Shown piece after piece: positions 56,792 through 64,000 of a stretch of 64,000 nt of DNA. Each line of letters starts with the position of its first letter. The stretch's first letter is position 1. A model generated the notes under the pieces. That model saw only the letters and a list, made by a program, of their open reading frames with translations, was not told the origin of the DNA and ran no database searches. The position numbers and the translations under genes were made by a program. This DNA comes from Cyanidioschyzon merolae (taxonomy: Eukaryota). The stretch lies in NCBI GenBank assembly GCA_000091205.1, contig AP006488.2, one strand, 5' to 3'.

Positions 56792-59332
56792 TCAGGGTGT
56801 AGGACCGCCAACGGTCTCGACGCCTTGCCCGGGATCCGCACCGGATAGCGCTTTGTCCTGCGCCACGGTTGCCGCTTTTCCGGTCGGCGAAGCGCCCTGG
56901 GCGAGTTCGTCAAAAGTCTTGTGCTCTACAAAGGGGCGCTTCCCGAGTAGCGTTTCCATACCCTCCCGCGTAATCATTTCATTCGCCAGTAACTCCTCTG
57001 CAACAAGGCGAACCTGTTCCTTCTTCTCCTCGAGTAAACTTCGAGTTCGCTCGTAGGCACTGCGCACAAGCTGACGAACCTCTTCGTCAATCTTCTGGGC
57101 AGTTTTATCGCTGTACGGCTTGTAGAAGCGCGGTGATGTATCATCATTCCGCCGCTGGAAAGCAAGATTTCCCAGTGCATCGCCCATACCCCATTGGGTC
57201 ACCTGGTTGTACGCCATGGTGGTGATCTTTGAAAAGTCGTCGGCCGCACCAGTACTTATCTGACCAAAGAAAATCTCCTCGGAAACGCGTCCAGCTAGGG
57301 TCATGCACATGAGGTCCAGCAGCTGTTCCCGCGAATACAGTCGCTGGTCCCGCGGCTGGTACTGTGCATAGCCGAGCGCTGCAGAGCCCCGCGGCACGAT
57401 CGAAACTTTCAGCAGTGGACTTGCGTATTCCAGAAACCAGCCCGCAACTGCGTGCCCCGCTTCGTGATACGCCACGGTTCGCTTTTCCTCGGGTGACATG
57501 ACCATGGTTTTCTTCTCAATGCCACCGATTACCCGATCTATCGCTGCTTCAAAGTGAGCGCGCGCGACCCCTTTGGCACCAGCGCGGGCAGCGATCAATG
57601 CAGACTCGTTACAGACATTTGCGATATCCGCGCCCGCAAAACCCGGAGTTCGTGCGGCAAGCTCTTTCGCGATAGCCTCTCGATCGATGGAGGGGTCCAG
57701 TTTCAAGGGGCGCAAGTGCACCAGGAAGATATCTTTGCGGCCTTTGATGTCGGGTGGATCGATGGCGATCTGCCGATCAAAGCGACCTGGACGCAGGAGC
57801 GCTGGATCCAAAACGTCTACCCGATTGGTACCAGCGAGAACGACCACCCCGCTGTTGGGCTGGAAGCCGTCCATCTCCACAAGCAGTTGATTCAAGGTAT
57901 TTTCGCGTTCATCGTTACCTCCAATGAGGCCACCACGGCCTCGTGATCGACCGATGGCGTCGATCTCGTCGATAAAGACGATGCACGGGGCAAGCTGCCG
58001 TGCTTGTGCGAAGAGGTCGCGAACGCGCGAGGGGCCCACTCCAACAAATAGCTCCATAAAGTCGGAACCATTGATCGTCAGGAAAGGGACGCCAGACTCG
58101 CCAGCGGTGGCTTTCGCGAGCAGCGTCTTGCCGGTGCCGGGCGGGCCGTGTAAAAGTGCGCCCTTGGGTATCTTTGCACCGATGCGCTTGTACCGCTCTG
58201 GACTTTTCAGATAGCTCACAAATTCCATGATTTCTTCTTTGGCTTCATCAAGTCCCGCCACATCACTGAACCGAGTGCCGATGCGGCTCTTTGGATCTCG
58301 ATTGAGCACCGTCACGGAAGCGCGTCCGACGTTGAAAATGCCGCCACCGGTGATGCCGCCGGCGCCGCTGCCGCTGCCAGTGCTACCGCTGCTTCCTGGC
58401 GGACGCAGCATGCCACCAAAAGGGAAGCCCGCCCCTGTACCGCCGCGAGCTCCGAAGCCGCCCAGTCCACTCATTCGTCTCACAATGTAGATGTAGGCTC
58501 CGATAAGGAGAATGGTGGGCGCCCAGTTCACCAGGGTCGACAGCGCAGAGGTCTCATTTCGGTATACAATCGGAATGTAATCGATGGGCTCCAGACCCAT
58601 GCGCGACTGAATATCCTCGAGTCGTCGTTCCAGGACATCGACACTGGGCACCACAAAGGTTGCCACGGGTCTCTGCCACGGGCTCTCCCACGGCGACCCG
58701 TTGCCGGGGCGAGCACTTGCACGACCCTGCGCCTCGCGTTTGAGAAAGACACGGGCTTCGCTGCGGTTCACGACCACGATGTGGGATACGAGCCCTCTCT
58801 CCAGATACTCACGACTGAACTCTTGGAACGAGATCTGACGCGGTTTGGGTGTGCTGAACGGGTTGCTCGCACCTGACTCGGATCCGCTCAGCCAGAGCGC
58901 TGCGGCTAGACCGGAGCCAAACACGAGAAGCGCCCACCAGTTGGGTCCGGGTGCGCCTCCGCCGCTTCTGCTGCCTTTCGCTCGGGAGGCGTCGCCGCGC
59001 TCGGGTTGGGTATCACTAGCCAGACCCTCCCGGTCTGCTGGCGAACCGACCCCCGGTTTTAAGGTTGGCTGCTCTTCTGGCGGCTTTCCCTTCTTCCAAC
59101 CACGTGGGTACAAGTCGCGAAACGAGGAGTTCCATCTGTTTGCAGACAAGCAGCGTGCAAGCAGTTCGTCGGGAGCGCGTACCACTCTATGTACCACTTC
59201 ACGTCGCAACAGACCAGCGTTCTGGGAGTCAGCCCCAGAGCAGCGCAGGTGCACAGCAGCTTTTTGCGCACCGCTCAGCGCTGAACCTCTCCACAGGTGT
59301 ACCAATAATCTTCTACTACAGAGCGCTTGCAT
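56792..59332 (-). CDS. Mitochondrial inner-membrane m-AAA protease (FtsH/AFG3L2/YTA12-type)
   Basis: FtsH extracellular-like domain, two TM segments, AAA module (Walker A '[17 protein letters not shown]', Walker B '[11 protein letters not shown]', SRH) and an M41 peptidase domain with 'HEAGHAV'. The N-terminus from ATG 59332, '[16 protein letters not shown]', looks like a presequence. TGA stop at 56792-56794. Confidence 0.9.
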   Translation of the reverse strand: MQALCSRRLLVHLWRGSALSGAQKAAVHLRCSGADSQNAGLLRREVVHRVVRAPDELLARCLSANRWNSSFRDLYPRGWKKGKPPEEQPTLKPGVGSPADREGLASDTQPERGDASRAKGSRSGGGAPGPNWWALLVFGSGLAAALWLSGSESGASNPFSTPKPRQISFQEFSREYLERGLVSHIVVVNRSEARVFLKREAQGRASARPGNGSPWESPWQRPVATFVVPSVDVLERRLEDIQSRMGLEPIDYIPIVYRNETSALSTLVNWAPTILLIGAYIYIVRRMSGLGGFGARGGTGAGFPFGGMLRPPGSSGSTGSGSGAGGITGGGIFNVGRASVTVLNRDPKSRIGTRFSDVAGLDEAKEEIMEFVSYLKSPERYKRIGAKIPKGALLHGPPGTGKTLLAKATAGESGVPFLTINGSDFMELFVGVGPSRVRDLFAQARQLAPCIVFIDEIDAIGRSRGRGGLIGGNDERENTLNQLLVEMDGFQPNSGVVVLAGTNRVDVLDPALLRPGRFDRQIAIDPPDIKGRKDIFLVHLRPLKLDPSIDREAIAKELAARTPGFAGADIANVCNESALIAARAGAKGVARAHFEAAIDRVIGGIEKKTMVMSPEEKRTVAYHEAGHAVAGWFLEYASPLLKVSIVPRGSAALGYAQYQPRDQRLYSREQLLDLMCMTLAGRVSEEIFFGQISTGAADDFSKITTMAYNQVTQWGMGDALGNLAFQRRNDDTSPRFYKPYSDKTAQKIDEEVRQLVRSAYERTRSLLEEKKEQVRLVAEELLANEMITREGMETLLGKRPFVEHKTFDELAQGASPTGKAATVAQDKALSGADPGQGVETVGGPTP

Positions 59333-61389
59333 CGAGAGCCAAAAGCTCGGTGCCTTGGCCTGCACCTCACGAGGCACACTGCCTGTACTGGACGCCAGCT
59401 GGTTGCCCCCGTATTCACCCGCAAGCAAGCAGGTACATGAGCATAGAAGCGCGCATTACCGTTGCCGTTCTGTACCGGGCGACGGTGCCTTGTGCTGGAG
59501 GCGAAGCGGGGGCATAAATGTAGTTATTCATCCTAGTATGGATTTATTCATATAGGCATGTCTCATTCACACTTTGATTGCGCGCATGCACCGATGCCAC
59601 GCAATACGTTGCCTGATCGCTAAGTATGTACATTAATGAACCTTTTAGACTAAAAGAGTACCCATCCACTGGATCATGAAGACACAGCGGAAGCTGACTA
59701 GCCAGCCAGCAGGCCGGCAGGCGCCGCCCCGTGCGCGACCCTGCCGTCGAGCGGTTCGTCGAGAGCGCTCGCGCGCGCATGAGCCATGGGATCTCTGTGT
59801 CGGGCTGCGAGCGTTTAGCGCTTTCACGGCTGGCTGTGTGGGCGGCAGCTTTGCGTGAGCGGACTTAAGAGTATTGAACAGTGCTTGTCCCGGGAACCTG
59901 ACCGAATACTTCTTATTTTGAGTTCATCTTGCGAGATAGTGTTGCACAGACGCTCTCTAGAAACCCATGTCCATGAACCGAACTGGAACGGACTGGCACC
60001 CTTGGCCGGCCGTTGCGCGTTTTCCAAAGTCTGTCCAGCTTCTCGGAGGTGTCGGTTTATCGCTTGTATTTGCGTATACCATGGTGGAGTTCTCGCGACG
60101 CATCGGAAGCCGTCCGCGAACGGTGGTGGAGGACTGGCAGGCGGAAACGGAGAAGCGCGCGCTCCAAAAGGAGCGTGAAGCCGGTGAACCTACCGTGCTG
60201 AACCCCATTTCCCGCTCGTTCAAGTAACGGCTCGCTATCGCTCTGGTTGCGGTAGGGACAGGTGTCGTGCGTGTCGCGGCCTAGTGCTGTGGGGGCAACG
60301 GCTAAGAAGCACACTGCAGCGGTTCAGTGGTGGTATTATTGCGAAGGTGCACGGGGCTCTGGCCAAAAGCTCACTGGCACCAGAAGCTCGGCGAGTGGTC
60401 GCTGGGTGCGCACCAGATGTTCGCGCGATCGGAGAGCAACCGTGTCCGATACGAGAATCAACGTCGTGGATCAGGTTTGGTGGCGTGGAGCCCGCGGGAA
60501 CTTTTGGGTCTGAGGCTGGTCTAGGGAGCGCACCCGTTTTTGGTCTCGTGTGCGTAACGCGGACGCGGCACCGACTGAATGATCGCAGAAGCTGTTTTTG
60601 AACTAGGCATGTGCGGAAGCGCACCGCGACCGTAAACCGAGCATCCGCAACACATGAAGTCTCCGGCTGAGTGCACGCAGTCTCGCACGTTAGGTTTGCG
60701 CAATCGTAGGATACGCCGCACCTCTCCAGCTGGTGCGCTTCTTGCCTCGGTTCGTTGCAGGGAAACGGGGATGCGTCCTAATGGACGTCTGGGGGCATGC
60801 TAGTGCAGCGTTGAAATGTCGATGTTCTGCTTTCCAGAACGTCGTTTTTTTTTGAGGAGACGAGCTACGTCTTCTCCGATTCCGCATGTGGTTGATCAAG
60901 CACCCTGGCGACGGAATGTGAGGTTGCCGACGAAAAATGTACGTCTCGAAGGAGCGGTTTCACTACTGGTACGCTTCGATCTGGACATGCCGCATCATCG
61001 CCGTCTCGTTAGCTCGACCGATGGATTTTGAGCATCGCGCACACGAACCTGTTCCTTTGACATGCAATAACGGTACACTGAAGTGCCTGCGCTGTTCCTG
61101 ACTTGCGACGTTTTTCCGAATTTTTGTTAAATGGACAGCATCGATGTTGGACGTGCAGCAATAAACGATAGAATGCATTCCTTTTCCTATGATTTTCGGT
61201 TGTGTATTCGGAGTGGCTCCTTCGATTCTTTACGCCGGAAATTCTGACGTCACCGGGATCTGGCTGATTTACGAAGCCCGCCAATAGAGCCCAGGAAAAT
61301 GACCGATATGATCCTGCAATGCTTCCATACAAGCCTACATTCTGCTCCTCTTCTTACATGAAGCATACTCGATTATCGCATGCTGCAAG

Positions 61390-62420
61390 TTTTTGAGGGT
61401 TCTTGTTCACTGTAAGCTGTGGGCGCGGCAACTCGCGCCCCGGGATCGACAAGGAAACGTCTGGAAGACATCGCTTGACGACGTCTTTGCAAGCTCATGC
61501 CGATCGTTCACTGCAGTGGTCATCTCAAAGGATGGATTCCGTTCGAAAGATGAAACCTCGTTTTTTTTCTGGTCATCGAAGAAACTGCTCCAGACAGCAG
61601 CATGATAGCGCTCACGGGATCTGCACCGAGAGGTTCCCGTCCCTGTTGTCTGCGGGGAGAAGGGCCTCAGGCTCGGACGCGAGTCATTGCGGCGATTGCC
61701 TGCCGTGGAGCAAGTCTCATCGTTTTGTGCGAAGGGTGCCTAGACGAATTGCAAGTTCACATGTTTTTTCCAATGTCCATTTTCCAGCGGTAGCTTTTTT
61801 CAGCGTGTACAACATCGCATTCCGCAAATCCTCTATCGAATGAAATAGCTCGCAGGTGCATGTGAACCGGACCCAATGCTCGCCGAATGTTTCTCCAGGG
61901 GGAAGTACGCGATCGTCCGGTGCGGTACCAGGAGCGGTACCGGAGGTCGGCACAGAGAGCGGAGCCTTCTGTACCAGTCAACGGCACGTACCGGGCGACG
62001 AAGAAGATGTTAACGGGGCGCCGGGCAGCGCTCGGCGGTGCTGCGTTGTCGACATATGGGAAGACCTTGTTACATTCAAGTGTTCACGCTGCGAAGATCG
62101 CAACGAAGCTGTAACCAATGAAGAAGGACATAGTAGGCAAAGCGTCGATAGCGCCCTCCGCCCGTACATCGAATGCGTGGACCACTGCTGGAAGCCACGA
62201 GATCGGGACTCGAACGCCGCCATCACTATGCTTTGACTGTGAACATCGTAGCTGGAAAGAAAGGGCACACCAGCTACTTGAAAACTGGAGATGTGGTAGA
62301 GAAACGAATCCGTAGTAGGAACAGCTCGCCGAGGTCGCAGTTGCGAAACACCTGGGAGCAAAGCAAACCGAATCGTGCACATCGGCATGATCAAAGTGTA
62401 CCCGTCCCATTCCAAGCTAA
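61390..62420 (+). mobile_element. Family-2-related element, diverged copy Z (plus orientation), TnpB/Fanzor-like remnant
   Basis: ORF 61856-62236 ends 'FKCSRCEDRNEA...YIECVDHCWKPRDRDSNAAITML' (zinc ribbon plus RuvC-III). ORF 61602-61793 'RVIAAIACRGASLIVL' parallels 'SITAAIACGTTSVTALVAG' of R2. There is partial nucleotide similarity to R2 around the RuvC-III region. Boundaries are approximate. Confidence 0.4.
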
Positions 62421-62439
62421 CGTGGATAGATACCACTGC

Positions 62440-63891
62440 CATGATCAAATCGCTTGTAGACTATCAACGTACTTTGGGTTCACCCCTGATACGGTACATA
62501 GCAGGAGATCGAATTCGCGATGCAATGTAATCTATAGATTGGAGACGGATTGCCTGTAGAATAGATTCATTTCTGAACAGTACATAGCGGACTGTGTTCC
62601 TCCTTCAGTTCAGTTATACGACAGTACTCAGATGGTTGAGGAAGACTGATAAATACAAGAAGATACGCGCTGTGCCAAAAACTGATATTCTCAAAAGTGC
62701 TTTCGGTCCGTGGCAGAAAACGACCTGTTGATTACCGTACAGGAAGCAAAACCGACGATCGTAACGACCACAAGCGTCTCTGTTTCTCAACAGATTGTAA
62801 GTACCGTCCTGAAAACAATGGGATCTAGTTGCAGATAAAGAGTCCTTGGTCATACACGGCAAACTTCCAGCGAAATCGCAACGAATACAGCGTTCCTGGA
62901 AAGTCATTGTAAGTATGAAACACGGGCACGTCGCTGTGTTTGTTCAGTCAATGAAACTTGCTTCGGAAGAAACGATCGGACCATGCACGGGTATCTTCGA
63001 GGTGCATGGAGCTCTTTTTATGTACGATCAAACTCGAAGCGAACGATAACACCATCTCTTCTATCTGGAGTGTATTCATTTGGCGACCTCAGTTTCGATC
63101 GCAGAGGAGGCTTGTAGATCAGCATCCGCTTTGTCGAATCATTGAAGACTTTCCTCTGACGTCTTGCGCCGTCCTGCTGTTGGACAACATGACATTTCAC
63201 CATTCGGGTTGCAAGCGTGATTCTGTCTATTCTCACTAGGTAAAGCTGGTTTTCGTTCCCCAGTACTTTTCGTTGGTCGACCCCATCGAGGGAGTCTGCT
63301 CTATCGTGAAACGTAGTCATCGCTCCAATGGGCGATTCGCTGAAGCGTTCAGCGCACGGTGACCCACCGGGGCACATGTCGTCTCTCTTCCACAAGTCCT
63401 TGTCTCTCGGGGAAGACGCTCACCCAGGGTCGTCAAGAAATGCGTTTATCTTGAAAAAATCAAAGGGAAAGTTATGGACATGCAACTCGAAGATGCTTGA
63501 GAGCGCCGTCACCACCCCGTTCCACAAAAAACGAAAAAGATCCGTTTCTCGCCAAGTACCGAGTGACGAAGAAGACGACGATGAGGGATAGACGAGAAAA
63601 ACAGGATGTTTGCCCTGCGGAACGATAATGAAACTACAGTGGTTCAGAGGGAGCGAATCCGAGGAATCCTCGCAACGCTGAATCCCATCAGATGCAAGAA
63701 ACGCATGGAGTTCGTGAACCGAGACCTTAACGCTGCTATGAATAGCAGACAATGTGCGATACTGAAGAAAATACCCGAGGAAAGAACACAATTGAACTTT
63801 CTGGGGCAGCCTCTTAGACTCTAGAAACGCACAAGGAGAAGCTGAAACTCATAGGAGGCCACCGGTCGAAGAACGCCCGAGAAGCGTCTCG
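62440..63891 (+). mobile_element. Family-1 internally deleted non-autonomous copy C
   Basis: L region with 'CGATGCAATGTA...TTCCTCCTTCAGTTCAGT...CAGATGGTTG', conserved block 63306-63380, N-terminal-like 'KGKLWTCNSKML...KKRKRSVSRQVPSDEEDDDEG', then '...NDNETTVVQRERIRGI...RMEFVNRDLNAAMNSRQCAIL'. Terminus 'GAGAAGCGTCTCG' at about 63891. It abuts element Z on its 5' side. Confidence 0.55.
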
Positions 63892-64000
63892 ACGTTGGTG
63901 TGGATTCACGCGACAGCCGCGGAACTGCGCTTGAGAATTTGTGGCAGTCTATCGTGAAACGCTGACCCAGAATGAACTGATGACGATTAATCAAAACGAG

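Overview
This window looks like compact, intron-poor eukaryotic nuclear DNA of roughly 55% GC, with genes on both strands and TAG, TAA and TGA all used as stop codons. About 14 conserved genes read as single uninterrupted ORFs. They are: a nucleotidyltransferase fragment, an auxin-efflux-carrier-family transporter, an SNF1/AMPK kinase, prefoldin subunit 3, an ApaG/UVR protein, a TPT-family (triose-phosphate/nucleotide-sugar-type) transporter, a PP2A B56 subunit, 3-hydroxyanthranilate dioxygenase, a ~1030-aa unknown protein, a cystathionine gamma-synthase/beta-lyase-family PLP enzyme, UTP7/WDR46, dihydroneopterin aldolase and a mitochondrial m-AAA FtsH protease. The accessory content is the interesting part. 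At least two, possibly three, repeat families carry degenerate TnpB/Fanzor-like RNA-guided-nuclease genes with RuvC-I, a TSxxCxxCG zinc ribbon and a DRDxNAAxNI RuvC-III motif. Family 1 has one near-full-length copy (19.4-22.7 kb) and four ~1.4-kb internally deleted derivatives. The derivatives share their breakpoints, a sharply defined common 3' terminus and a conserved ~165-nt 3' tail. Family 2 is a 1.45-kb element present as two ~97%-identical direct copies bracketing two host genes, plus a diverged third copy. A 2.25-kb element occurs as three ~99%-identical direct copies, each just downstream of a plus-strand gene. The window also holds an 86-bp x8 tandem array and several microsatellites. 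ORF-track start codons include GTG/TTG, so CDS starts were trimmed to the first in-frame ATG, each checked in the sequence.
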